Origin: the human T2T-CHM13v2.0 reference genome, Homo sapiens
Assembly: GCF_009914755.1 (NCBI RefSeq)
Contig: NC_060932.1
Strand: one strand, 5' to 3'
DNA length: 64,000 nt
In this document: one piece after another, positions 1 to 17,986 of the stretch
Layout of the letters: each line of letters starts with the position of its first letter
Position numbering within the stretch: position 1 is the first letter of the stretch
Notes under the pieces: generated by a model
The model's database searches: none
Told to the model about the DNA's origin: nothing
The model's input: the letters and a program-made list of their open reading frames with translations, nothing else
Made by a program: the position numbers and the translations under genes

Positions 1-39
1 GTCTATGTTATTCTGTTATAACAGCTCACATGATCTAAG

Positions 40-385
40 ATGGTGGAAATAGGGTGATCAGTTAGAAACAATGTCAGTTATCCAAGCAAGAGATAATAAT
101 TTAGACCAAGGTAATTTACAAAGGTGAGAAATGATTGGTTCCGGAAGTGTGAAGAAAAGAACCATAGAATTTGCTGAGGAATAATATACAAAGTGTGAAA
201 GAAACAAGGAAGCAAGAATGAACTCTACTTCGTCCTTGAGTAACTAGTTTCTATCTACTGAAATAGAGAAAAATGAGGAGAGAGGAGATGTGTGTTTTGG
301 ACTGGTGAACTTTGAAATACACATTAGTCATTCAAGTGGAAATAGTGAGAGATCATTTAGATAGAAACTGGATCTTATCACAGGT
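40..385 (-). mobile_element. L2 fragment, preceded at 1-40 by the 3' end of a MaLR LTR
   Basis: Purine-rich L2-like text (ccaagcaagagataat, gtcattcaagtggaaat). Bases 1-40 (tattctgttataacagc...ctaaga) resemble an MLT/MST end. Confidence 0.5.
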
Positions 386-1224
386 CAGAGCAGATTTTGC
401 ACTGGTTGTGCTGTTCTGTCAATGTACTTTAAGGCATATATGTTTCAAAGTTTTTTTTAATGTGAACATTAAAGGATTTTTTATAAACAAAATATAGTTC
501 ATATATCTTTTTATATTCCTTAAAGCTGCAGTGTCAAGTGAAATCCAAACCTACCTGTGGTGTGTCATTAAAATTTTCCAAAAATAAGTAAGTAGCACAC
601 AAGAAAATTGTCACTTAACCCACTTACTATTCCTATATGTAAACATTAATAGCAGAAGGCATCTAAAGTGTGAGTTTCCTATACATTAATGGATAGAAGG
701 GTATATATTTGTTCTATCACCATTATAAAAACACATAATCAGCCAAGGTTGGTCATAGTGAACAGGTTAAAATACCCATTAAGTAAGCAAATTGAAAAGA
801 AAAGATACATTCCTAAATGATCATTTTGTACCAGTTTTGTTCAATTCAGAATGGATGCAGTGAAATTTCCTTTCCACTTTAAGTAAGAATCACACGGGAA
901 TTTTTATTTCATTTATTATTACTATTATTATTATTGCTTTTTCATGGCTAGAAAATGTTCTGTTTGCCTAAATAGGATTTTCTCAGATGTTATTAAAATT
1001 ATTTATCCACCTTTGACAAATGACACAAATGAACAAAAATGTTTTACAAAAAAAAAGTTTCAATCTGGTATAAAGTTAATGACTCAAAATTATCTAGTAA
1101 TATTGAGATCAATTTTTATTATTTAGAGTAACAGTGTGCTACCTTGGAAGCACTACAGTAAAATATTTTGATGTATAAACTTTCTTCATTTTAACACTAG
1201 AGCCAAAGAAGGATATAATCATAA

Positions 1225-1387
1225 TTACTACATTGATGGTCATCAGATAATCTGGAGAGCTTTATAAAAATCCAAATTCCCACATGTAGAGGAACTGAAT
1301 CAGAAAACCTGGGAGGCGTGCCAGTAATCAAAACTTAAAAAAAATCTAGAGGAGTCATATGATGGCTTACACTTGGAACTCACTGGT
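1225..1387. mobile_element. MER5-like hAT-Charlie fragment
   Basis: catcagataatctggagagcttt...actgaatcagaa...ttggaactcactg. Confidence 0.5.
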
Positions 1388-4023
1388 GTAAACTCTACTG
1401 GTATGGTTTTAAATAAAGTTGTTTATAGAAAGAAAGGAGGAGAGAAGAAAAAAGACAGCAGATAAGTGAGCAAGTGAGTGCCATCCTGGACACTGAACTC
1501 TGAGATAAAAGTTGTACACGAATGTTTGCATGGAAATAGATGTAGATACACACATATATTATTGTTGTTATTGTTATTTTTGTTTTGGTCAGAATCCAAT
1601 ATAGTTATGTCATACAGTAAACGAAACCAGAAAAAAATCTCTCCTCCTAAACTTGATTCTCATATAAGGATTACAAGACAGTGTCATTCCAAAAAATATA
1701 ATCAATGCTACCACATAAAAGAAAAAGCAATGATTTTAAATTCTCTCAGTCAAGGGGCAGCAGATTTTATAATGGGCTATTTGTTTTTATTCCTTATTAT
1801 ATGCTAGTTTAAACATAGGAATCTAACTGACTCCACTATGTTCGATATTGTAAAGTACTGGAGATGGGGATTAACTTTCATGGATTAGTTTTCAGTTAGG
1901 CAAATAACTTTCCACCCTAAGATGACTTTAGGCTCTACAATTTTTGAGAATTAATCATATGTCTTTTTGAGGGTTCATCTTTCTGCTTGTATATAACTAA
2001 ATGTTTCCATGTCAAAGGGTATCTTTCAGCTAATGGTTTCTCGTTGGATTAATGGGAAGAATGAGGTAACATTAAGCATCTTACCTCTTATTCTGGCAGA
2101 GAGACCATGAAGAAGACAAATAAGGAATCCAAAAGTTCACCCTAAATTGTCTCTATAGAGTGGCTTGCTGAGATTGTTTTAAAGTAATAATTCAAAATAA
2201 ATCTCAGGCAAGCCTATGAGTAGAAGGATAATTGAATTGGTGTGTTTCTATTATAATATTTAGTATATAATATTTTCAACTTTGGGGAAAATATATTCTT
2301 GGAAAATTACAGAATTCTTAAAAGTTCTTGAGGACATAAATTTTTTAACTTTTTAAACATATAAGAGAAATCTGTATTTGAAGAAATCATTTAAAGGGCC
2401 TTACATTGAGTCTTTTTTTTTTTTCTGCCTTCTTTTGTTGTTCCCTATTACATCCCCTTGTGTTGTCACTTATGACTGAAGCTCCACCCTTCTCAAGGTA
2501 GCACATATCAGAAATGCATGTGGCTTTACTCCAAATAAGTAAGACCTTTTAGAAAGTTTTATTTTATTACTGAAAAGAATCATTTGTTATCCCAAATAAA
2601 TTACCCAAATAATACCAGTATAGGAAAGAAATGAATGAATTTTAAGCATCACAAAGAAATATTTTAGGTAGAACAATAATAGGCATGAGTGAAGATGTGA
2701 AGAAACATTTCCTGAATTTTAGCTCACCAATGCATGTTTATTATTGTTGCTTCTGCAATACAGAGTAGTAGCTAGATTAGCTTACAGATCTTATCTATGC
2801 ATTGATACATTTTCCCCCCATAATTTGCTTGAAAATAAAAAGCACTGCCTCAGTTCTATATACAAGCATCCTATTAATCTCAATGTTGGCTCCAATTGAA
2901 AAAACATAACTTACTTTAACAGAAACACCCAAACAATGAACTAGAGGTGGGAGAGTTTTACATAGTGAATTTTGTTGCCAGTTGGAGAAAAATGCAGAAA
3001 ATAAGAATGCATATATTGATCCTAGATTAATGTTGAAATTGTATACATCTAGATACATTGTGAGAAATTTTCCCCAAAGCCTATACAAATCTTATAAGCA
3101 TATCATGTTATTGTGTTAGAGAGCCATCAATTACCATGAAATAATATTTTTTTAAAAAGAAACTAACCAATAACATTAAAATCAATCATTAAAAAAGAAT
3201 TCTCCTGCTGCAGCCAATTTGGAATAACATAATTTTTTTTCAAGATTTGTGAAAACAGAAGTATAATGAATTTTTCACCTGGCTTTAGAAAAACTTAACA
3301 ATTAGCAAAAAGCTATATAACTATTTTAAAAACATTTAAATGTGATTTTTGGAAGTGTTTACTTTTACTCTAATGATAAATATAAACTATATTTACCAAA
3401 ATATTTATATTCAAAATATAAATCAGCAACTATGAAAATATTTATTTGCCAAAATGTTATCTTTTTAGAAAAGTAGATATTTGATTATTTCAAAGTGTTT
3501 AAATAAATAATGTTTACACCGATAGTCATTATCAACAAAGTATATTTTTTCTTAATTGATAGACATTGACTTGTTAGGTTTATATATTCATAAAATGTAT
3601 CCATAGTCATAAATGCAAAAGATTCTTCACGTATTAACAAAAATAAATAAGTTACATTATAGCCAATAGAATACAAATAGAAACAAGTCACTATTATATT
3701 TCTTAAAGAAATGACTATCACATTACATGACGGTCATTTGATGATGTTTTATATATAATAATTTATTAGACAAGATATTTGACATTAAAGTTTTCTTATT
3801 TTGGTATTATTAAGACATTAAAATTTATGTATCATAAAACAAAAATTTACCTTTTATTATAAAAAATTGGAAACAAAACATACTATTTCAATGAAAACAA
3901 TAATAGAAAATGAGAATTAATGTATAATTTGAATGTGTGAATGGTAGAATCAACTTACGGTTAATACTACATACATACACGTATATATATAGATGTATAT
4001 ATTTATCTATTGATGTATATTTA

Positions 4024-4269
<246 letters not shown>

Positions 4270-7200
4270 TTAATAGATAGCAGTATCATTTTCAAGCAAT
4301 ATCATGTATGGAAGTGTTATGCATTTTATTTTACCTAAAGCCTAGTAGAAAAATAATATACAGAATGGCTTTATGTTGTAAATGACTAATTCCCTCCTCA
4401 AATAACATATGGGTGGAAGAGACTACAGCCCATGGAGAGGACACTGTGTACAAATGAAAATATACAATAGTTGTAGTAATTTTCCCCCTGGATTAAAGGA
4501 TAGCATAGGAAAGGGTGAGAGCATGAACTTAAGAATGTATTTTACATTTGTGATTTCTGATAAATGTAATACATTTAAATTTATAATTTAGCTCTTTTAA
4601 ATGAAAGGGTTTTGAATAATTCTAACTTCATCTTTTAAAACATTTTTACCTTTTTAATTAATTTGACCCTTCTTTTTTCTCCTAATACTCAGTATTCCAC
4701 TGACACAAGAATTTCAATAATAAAAAGGGAATCAAATATTACATTATCTTTGAAAACTGATATAATAGTTAAACCCCCCTGGTAATAACAGTTAAACAAT
4801 AATTGTAACAAATTAGGGATCTTTAGAAATTATATCACCTTTCTCAGTATAGAAAATTAGACTAGATTAAGGCATTCTTATAATAGATAAAATGGTACTG
4901 CTAAACCTTCAGGACTAATTTTGCAAAATTTGAGGAACTGTCTAAACATTCAGGAAAATGTGAGAATTTCTCAACAAATTTAGTTCGAACTTAATTTTAA
5001 TGTATTTAAATATAAAAAGCTTGTGGCAATATTGCAAAAGAAAACAATAAGTCCTTCAAATTCTTAAATATGTTTCAGAAATTCAATAAACTAAGTTTTC
5101 TATCTTATCTAATAAATTACTTCATATTACCAAACCATAGGGCAGAAATATTTACATTTTCAAATATTTAACTGAAAAGGAAAAAAAAAACAAGTTGTTA
5201 TTTTCTAGAAATAAGATTTTAAAAATAATGATTTATGGGAACAGTCAGAGAAAGACAACAAGGTGAATAATGAATTGCTTTACCTTTTAAATGCTTAAAC
5301 ATTAACAAAAATAAGGCAAAGGAAACAAAAGCCTAATGAAATAAAAATGATCAAAAAGAAGCACTCAGTATAATATCAACATTGTGTGAAATAATAATAA
5401 AAACTAATGTTATGGTACTAATAGCCAGTATTACACAATAAAAGTTACCCCTAAATTCCTTTTAAAGAAAAAAAAAAATCAAAGTTCCAATATTGATTTA
5501 AATTACTTTATTTTAATGTTACTTAAGCATGTTCAAAAAATAGATATGTCCTTATGCTTTTAGCTGCGTACAATTATAATACCAAAACCAGTTTACAAAT
5601 ACAGGAACAAAATGACAAAAACAATAAAATAAAAAATAGCAACATGTATCTAATAAGGCATAAGATTTTGTTTTCCTAAAATTAAATCGCCTTTGGCAAT
5701 GTGGATCAGGTAACAGCTGCTCCAGTGTAGGCTTTTGAAGTTTGTTATACCTTTAATTACTCTATGCTGTGTAACAACTTGATTCTCATTCATACTATGC
5801 CTCTGTGAACTGCTGAGAAACTTTCATCTGTATAGTGCAACATAATGCCAGGCGTCCATCACTTAGTGGAAATCATTTACATTTTAATTCTCCTTTATTT
5901 TTTTCTACTAGGTTTTTGGAATACAGGTATGTTTGTGGAGGCATGAAGACAAATGTAATCTGGATTACACAGGTGATCTAAAATGCACATATATTTTTGT
6001 CAATTAGATTATTTAGAAGGGAATGCAAATTATTTTGAATTATTTTACAGAGACATGAAGTTTTGAAAATACAAATGGTTTTAGTTCTTCTCTGTAATAA
6101 ACTGACACAATATTTTTCAATTGCACGTCTAATCTTGCACTTTCTGGTTAAAATACACTGATGATCAGCAAGTCAAAATCCAGAGAATGTCATACAAGGC
6201 CATTTACAATGCGATCCCAGTGTGCCTGTCCAGCTATTACCTACCCTTCTCTGCCATGGACCTTGCAATTTAGCTGCCCTGAGCTACTACTGGCCCTTGG
6301 CCACAGTCTCACAATCTGAGCCTTTGAATGTGCTATTTTCTCCGCATATGAACACCACCTCTGGTCCCAAGAGATGTGAATAAAGAAAATTACCACCCAT
6401 AAGGAAAATTACTTGATATGAAATTAAATTATTATGGTTCTTTTCAGTATCCGGTGGCTGTGATGGTATATTAAATTGAAAAAAGCAACAACCCATTAAA
6501 ATATTACGGATAATTCTCACGAATAATAGTCATGGTTCCATGCTTATGAATGCCCAGCAAAAATATCATAACTTCAAGATTTTCATTATATATAACATGA
6601 TTAGCACAGCAAGTTTTCATAAAGCTTATTTAAACTGAGAAGATAAGTGTTGGCAAACTGTGACTGAATATTCTTAAGATATGTTAAAATTGAGAAAAGG
6701 AACTAGCAGCAGAACAGCTAACCACAAGAGAGAAGCATGGTTAGTTGATACAAGGAAGACAAGGGCATATATGAAAACGTCAACTACATGTGAAAGGAGT
6801 TTGAGTAAAGCAAGTCCTAACGATCCAACCGGTAAAGGCGAGTTGAAAAAGTTATCTGTCAGCCATAGTGACATTTATGGAGAGTATACCGCTATCACTG
6901 AACAGTAACAAATGTATGACTCAGAAGATTATGTCAATGTTAAGGTTTTCAGTCAGGTGCTATAAGGAATAGCATATGTAAAATAAAACATGCATGTGAA
7001 AAATATGTTACAATAAAAAAGCTACAAGGTCACTGTAATACAAACAATTTATTTGCTTGGTTGAGAATGTACTGTAAGATATTTGAAGTGGCTAGAGGCA
7101 AATGATAGAATGCTCTGATTTGGAAAAAATAAATTTATAGGTTGATTCCATAGATAATTGTGAAATATTTATTATGTACTGGGTGGTGAGGGGAATAGTT

Positions 7201-8884
7201 GAAGCTCCTATGGGACCTACTTTCCAGTGGAAAGGATGGATGTCTATCATACAATCACTCAAATAAAAATATAGTATGTGAAAGCATATAACTGAGAGCC
7301 CTGACCTGTCCTGAATAGCCAGGAAAGACTCTCTGAAGTACTGCAACTTGAAAATGGATGAGTAAATTAAAGGTGAAGGGAGAAGACAAGTGGGGTAAAA
7401 GAATATTCCAAACAGAAGGAACATTATATCTAAAAACATTATTGGAGGGGGTGGGAGACAAAGGAGATAATGACAGGTTCTAGGAACTGAAAGACCTGAT
7501 ATGAAAAAGCTTTCTTTGTGCAAGGTTGATCTAGAGGTAGATCTCCGAGGATGTTTATCTGGTGTGATAGCAGAAGAAATGTTCTTTCTTAGGTGTGTAT
7601 GAATGGAGAAGTCATTAGGTGTGAGCTGCTTGTTCTTGTGATGGGGAAATACTTTTGTCTTTAAGGCTTGGAATGTTGGTTGCAGAATTTGAAGAGGAAA
7701 AGAGGAGACTGAATGAGGTACATTTATAAAATTTTTTTAAGATTTTGGATCAGAAAACCACTGCTTCAGGGTTTAGGGGTTGCAATGTTTTCTGGAGGTG
7801 AGGTAAGCACACTTCTTCCTACCTTAACATAAGCCCAGGATGTTGTTTCTCTCATGTCTTGATCCAGAGTGAGTTTTAAGTTCTTGATAACTGATGCTAC
7901 TAACTGATAAAGCCTATGTTTGATAATAAGGATTTCCTACAAAATAATAAATGTAAAGCTATTAATAGGTAGTAATGTTTCCTCTCTCTAATTTGAACTA
8001 GGGGGTGGTGTCATCTTTAAATCATAAAAATTAATAATATGAAAACATTACATAATTTAGCAGTGTTAGGAAAATGTTTGGAGAATAAGTACTTAGTGCT
8101 CTTTTTAGCATATAAATATTTTCTGTGCAATTTCCAGTGTACACATTGTATATGATGACTTTTCTGAAAAACAAGTCCTATTCATATAAAATACTTTTTT
8201 ATTTAAATGTACAGATTAAGATATCTATTCGAGTTACCAATATGAAACTCTTTGCTGAATATGAAAATAATATGATGATAAATGTGGCTTTAGTTGGATT
8301 GAAGTGGGAAAGAAATGTGTACTGAAATTTGATGATAAGAGTCACTGATACAGTGAAGAATTCACTAGAGCAGGGATACCCAAAAACAGACAAGACATGC
8401 ATCATTAATCTCCATTACTGGGATAAGAAAATCTGGTAGCATCTATTGTACACATACAGTCATATAGTTTTAGATAAACTGAAAAAATGCTTTTCAGCAA
8501 TTTGACTGGATATCTGAAAAATGTCTAGATCAGTAAACTTCATAGTTACTTTTTTAAAAATGTGCATTACAACTGAGTCTTTTTATTTTTAAACTGTTTT
8601 GTGAAAGCAGGCAAAATATACTTGATTTAGATTGTTCAAAAAACTTAGAATGTTTTTAAACATAAACATATGGTATGCAAGTCAAATAAGGAGTAGCATT
8701 AAGCAGAAATATATTTTTCCATATGTTTAATTATTACCAGAAGAAAAATAATAATACATGATTTTGCTCATAGAGGATCATAGGAGGATCAAATCCAAAT
8801 CAATCATTTCTTTTCTGCATGTGAATTCAGATTTTTTTTCATTTTTATCAGCTATTTTAGCCCATTATATTCCAAATATAATTT

Positions 8885-9058
8885 AGATTTCATTTCATTA
8901 AGTTAGGACACCATTGATTATAAAAGGCATCTTTATGTGTCCCTAAAAAAGCAAAAATGTTGCCAATACACTATAATAGTCATTGATTGTGAGATACACA
9001 CATATTTCACAGCTGTTAGTTTTTTAAAATGGGGCATCTAAAAATTGTGAAATATGGT
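8885..9058 (-). mobile_element. Tc2-type DNA transposon fragment (MER104/Kanga-like)
   Basis: Reverse complement ccatatttcacaatttttagatgcccc...tctcacaatcaatgac resembles the recalled MER104 terminus. Confidence 0.45.
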
Positions 9059-9714
9059 AAAATGTGTTAATAAGATTAATTTGTGTGTGTTTTTTTTAGC
9101 ACTTCTCCTAAGATGCCTTCTCAACTTGGCAGTATTAATAACACTTTGTTCTTCAGAAATTTTTAGTCAAAAATATTTTATTTTCTTAAATAGGCATTTC
9201 AATAATACTTGGATTTTCAGAAGTGGGTAGAAATTGTAGGGTAGAAAGATACATTAATTTCCTTATGCCCCTACTGAGAATATGAGAATCCATTGGTATT
9301 ACTTGCATACAGTCTTATTTTTTCTTTCTTTTGTTCTTCTTAGGCAATAATAGTACTTAACTGGCTTTCTCCTTTTAGCCTCTCTAAATACAATACATGT
9401 ATGTATCCAAGGGCAAACTAGTGCTACTGAAAGTTATTTTAAAAAAAGAGTTTAAACATTTTTTGAAGAATTTCAAAAAAGTTTCATAGCTACTTTTTCC
9501 CCTTAAACATTTGTTTTTAATGCATTTTCTATAATCATTTTTTACCATACAGAATTAGGGTAATCATTATTACCATGTGGAATTATATTTTTGTGTGTGA
9601 ATTGCAGTCATAATTGAAACGCTTAAATTCAAAACTTTTTAAAATCAATTATATCATTTTCTGTCAAAAATATTGACTATTTCCCATAATCTGACATTGT
9701 CTTTTCATTTTTTC

Positions 9715-10860
9715 TTCTTTCCATGAACAGCTACTGAAGGTCTACTGTGCTCAGTTATTTATTAAAAATAATGTTCTTAATAAAAATAACTATGGATATG
9801 CCTGATACTGTATTAGGTCTTGGGGATAGGTCCTCTCCCTCATGTGATATGTACTCCAAAAAAGAGGCAGACATGGAAACTGGTACATGCACTAACATGT
9901 AGTCTCTAGTATGATACAAGTTCATGTAATAGGCTGAGATGGCACAAATGAAGAAGTAGTATATTTTAAAGGAGCCACAAGAGAATTACATTAAGGCAGA
10001 CTTCATGACTGTGTTTTTCTTGATTTGAGAAAGAAATGTGGTTCCAAACGTAATCAAATTGTACAAAGAAGGGATTCCAGGCAGAGTGAAATACTTGAAT
10101 GAAAGTATAAATAGGTAAACCAAATTGATACTAGTTAGAAGAACCAGTGATTCATACGCCATTCTAAGACATTTGAACTTTATCTTGTAGGCAATGGAGA
10201 TTCATAGAAGAGTTTTAAAAAGAGAAAAACATGACCAACTTTGAGAAATCCATTAGGGCAGCTCTATGAGGAATGAATTGTAGTCTTGAGTTACTAGAGG
10301 ATGAAAACCCTAGAGAAGATTGTTGTAGTGCTACAGACAGAAGATGAGAGCTTCAACTAAAGCAATGGAGGAAGAGGAGATGCCAAAGTAAAAGTTAGAA
10401 CTTGGAGACAAGTTCGATGTGGGGGCATGAAAGAGAGGAAAAGGTAGAGAAGACAATGAGTGGCTTTGATTATAATGCTGATGAATGTATTTTTGCACAA
10501 GATAAATTTGGTATGCCTGTTGGACGTCAAGTAAAGTACTCCAAGCAGCTAGACATATTTGTACCCATGAGATTGATCTTTTAAAGCCACAGACAAAAAG
10601 GTTTATCCAGAGAATACACACATATATATATACACATATTGAGAAGAGAAGCAAAATAAGACCAAGGTACACTCAGCAAGAGAATTTAACAGGTAGACAA
10701 AAGGGACATTCAAAGAAGGTAGTATCATGGAATAGTAAAGAGAAGATAGTTTTAAGAAAATAATTGTCATCAGTGTTAAATCAGAGTTCAATTAAAATGA
10801 ATACTGAGAGTACATTGATTTGGGCAATTAAGAGTTTGGGAAGAAAGGAACTATAATATT
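9715..10860 (-). mobile_element. L2 fragment(s) immediately 5' of the full-length L1
   Basis: tgcctgatactgtattagg, gaactttatcttgtaggcaatggag, ttggacgtcaagt are typical reverse L2 motifs. Confidence 0.6.
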
Positions 10861-11010
10861 GTCTGTAAAGGGTCAGGGGTGATACAGGTTTGAAGGAAGG
10901 GTTTTTTTGTTGTTTGATGTTTTTGTCTTTGGTTTTGTTTTGTTTTTTGGTTAGTTTTGAATTAAAAACATTTCAGGACATTTATATTTTAAGTGAAAGG
11001 AATAGTACAG

Positions 11011-11911
11011 GGGAGGAGCCAAGATGGCCGAATAGGAACAGCTCCGGTCTACAGCTCCCAGTGTGAGCGATGCAGAAGACGGGTGATTTCTGCATTTCCA
11101 TCTGAGGTACCGGGTTCATCTCACTAGGGAGTGCCAGACAGTGGGCACAGGTCAGTGGGTGCACGCACCATGCGTGAGCCGAAGCAGGGCGAGGCATTGC
11201 CTCACTTGGGAAGCCCAAGGGGTCAGGGAGTTCCCTTTCCGAGTCAAAGAAAGGGGCGATGGACGCACCTGGAAAATCGGGTCACTCCCACTCGAATATT
11301 GCGCTTTTCGGACCGGCTTAAAAAACGGCGCACCACGAGATTATATCCCGCACCCGGCTCAGAGGGTCCTACGCCCACGGAGTCTCGCTGATTGCTAGCA
11401 CAGCAGTCTGAGATCAAACTGCAAGGCGGCAGCCAGGCTGGGGGAGGGGCGCCCGCCATTGCCCAGGCTTGCTTAGGTAAACAAAGCAGCCTGGAAGCTC
11501 AAACTGGGTGTAGCCCACCACAGCTCAAGGAGGCCTGCCTGCCTCTGTAGGCTCCACCTCTGGGGGCAGGGCACAAACAAAAAGACAGCAGTAACCTCTG
11601 CAGACTTAAATGTCCCTGTCTGACAGCTTTGAAGAGAGTAGTGGTTCTCCCAGCACGCAGCTGGAGATCTGAGAACGGGCAGACTGCCTCCTCAAGTGGG
11701 TCCCTAACCCCTGACCCCCCGAGCAGCCTAACTGGGAGGCACCCCCCAGTAGGGGCACACTGACACCTCACACGGCAGGGTACTCCAACAGACCTGCAGC
11801 TGAGGGTCCTGTCTGTTAGAAAGAAAACTAACAAACAGAAAGGACATCCACACCAAAAACCCATCTGTACATCACCATCATCAAAGACCAAAAGTAGATA
11901 AAACCACAAAG
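11011..11911. promoter_or_regulatory. L1 5'UTR bidirectional promoter (sense Pol II promoter plus antisense promoter), CpG-rich
   Basis: Intact YY1 motif CAAGATGGCCG at 11020-11030, AAACAAA SOX-type motifs near 11480 and 11575, many retained CpGs. Promoter function is established knowledge for the family and is not shown for this copy. Confidence 0.8.
11244..11459 (-). CDS. ORF0: LINE-1 ORF0 (71 aa, intact), antisense ORF of the primate L1 5'UTR
   Basis: ORF track MAGAPPPAWLPPCSLISDCCASNQRDSVGVGPSEPGAGYNLVVRRFLSRSEKRNIRVGVTRFSRCVHRPFL matches the known ORF0 in length and sequence. Donor SD1 follows 11354 (CCGG|GTGCGG) and SD2 follows 11269 (CCAG|GTGCGT). Confidence 0.85.
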   Translation of the reverse strand: MAGAPPPAWLPPCSLISDCCASNQRDSVGVGPSEPGAGYNLVVRRFLSRSEKRNIRVGVTRFSRCVHRPFL

Positions 11912-12932
11912 ATGGGGAAAAAACAGAACAGAAAAACTGGAAACTCTAAAACGCAGAGCGCCTCTCCTCCTCCAAAGGAACGCAGTTCCTCACCAGCAAT
12001 GGAACAAAGCTGAATGGAGAATGACTTTGACGAGCTGAGAGAAGAAGGCTTCAGATGATCAAATTACTCTGAGCTACGGGAGGACATTCAAACCAAAGGC
12101 AAAGAAGTTGAAAACTTTGAAAAAAATTTAGAAGAATGTATAACTAGAATAACCAATACAGAGAAGTGCTTAAAGGAGCTGATGGAGCTGAAAACCAAGG
12201 CTCGAGAACTACGTGAAGAATGCAGAAGCCTCAGGAGTCGATGCGATCAACTGGAAGAAAGGGTATCAGCAATGGAAGATGAAACGAATGAAATGAAGCG
12301 AGAAGGGAAGTTTAGAGAAAAAAGAATAACAAGAAATGAGCAAAGCCTCCAAGAAATATGGGACTATGTGAAAAGACCAAATCTACGTCTGATTGGTGTA
12401 CCTGAAAGTGATGGGGAGAATGGAACCAAGTTGGAAAACACTCTGCAGGATATTATCCAGGAGAACTTCCCCAATCTAGCAAGGCAGGGCAACATTCAGA
12501 TTCAGGAAATACAGAGAACGCCACAAAGATACTCCTCGAGAAGAGCAACTCCAAGACACATAATTGTCAGATTCGCCAAAGTTGAAATGAAGGAAAAAAT
12601 GTTAAGGGCAGCCAGAGAGAAAGGTCGGGTTACCCTCAAAGGGAAGCCCATCAGACTAACAGCGGATCTCTCGGCAGAAACCCTACAAGCCAGAAGAGAG
12701 TGGGGGCCAATATTCAACATTCTTAAAGAAAAGAATTTTCAACCCAGAATTTCATATCCAGCCAAACTAAGCTTCATAAGTGAAGGAGAAATAAAATACT
12801 TTACAGACAAGCAAATGCTGACCGATTTTGTCACCACCAGGCCTGCCCTAAAAGAGCTCCTGAAGGAAGCGCTAAAAAAACATGGAAAGGAACAACCGGT
12901 ACCAGCCGCTGCAAAATCATGCCAAAATGTAA
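11912..12932 (+). pseudogene. L1 ORF1p, disrupted
   Basis: ATG at 11912. In-frame TGA at codon 34 (12011-12013) and codon 49 (12056-12058). A-run expansion at 12874-12880 (+4 frameshift). ORF 12182-12988 translates as typical ORF1p. Confidence 0.93.
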
Positions 12933-12995
12933 AGACCATCAAGACTAGGAAGAAACTGCATCAACTAACGAGCAAAATCACCAGCTAACATCATA

Positions 12996-16823
<3,828 letters not shown>

Positions 16824-17682
16824 ACAATGAGATCACATGGACACAGGAAGGGGAATATCACACTCTGGGGACTGAGGTGGGGTGGGGGGAGGGGGAGGGA
16901 TAGCATTGGGAGATATACCTAATGCTAGATGACGAGTTAGTGGGTGCAGCGCACCAGCATGGCACATGTATACATATGTAACTAACCTGCACAATGTGCA
17001 CATGTACCCTAAAACTTAAAGTATATATAAAAAAAAAAGGAATAGTACAGAGGTGGAGGGTGACTGGGGTTTTAAAATGCTATCTCTGAGTCAGAACACC
17101 CAAAAATCGAATAACTTAAAACTAGGCTAAGAAGTCACTTGAAAAAAATCTATGTGATTTTTAAATATAATAACTCAAGACATGGATTTAAATTCCATGT
17201 ACACTATAATTACTACTATAGAACACGATATATATAATAAAAAATGCTACCAAAAATGACAAGAAATTCTACAGTAGTTTTCAAATAAATGGCTCTTTAT
17301 TTAAAATTCACTGAAAAAATATGAACATTGTGCTCAAAATAGATTGCTTTGTTTTCATTATTTTTTGAATACTGCATATTGGGCCAAGAGTATTATTGAT
17401 TTATAACGACAAGACCTTTAGAGAGTAGACCTTTGACTACCTCATTTAACGCAACCGATAAGAATGGTATTATAATAAATATGGCTATGTCAAAAATGTT
17501 TCTATATAAATATTCCTTCCTCCTTAAAATACATTTTATACATTTTTGTGATGCAAAGAGAAGGCAATCCTTTATGCAACAGTTTTGTTTTCATGTCTTT
17601 TAGTCAAACGGTCAAACCAAATTGTAGTGTTAAGTATCCTGAGAGTAAGGAAACATGTCATAATATTTCTTATATCTCATGA

Positions 17683-17986
<304 letters not shown>

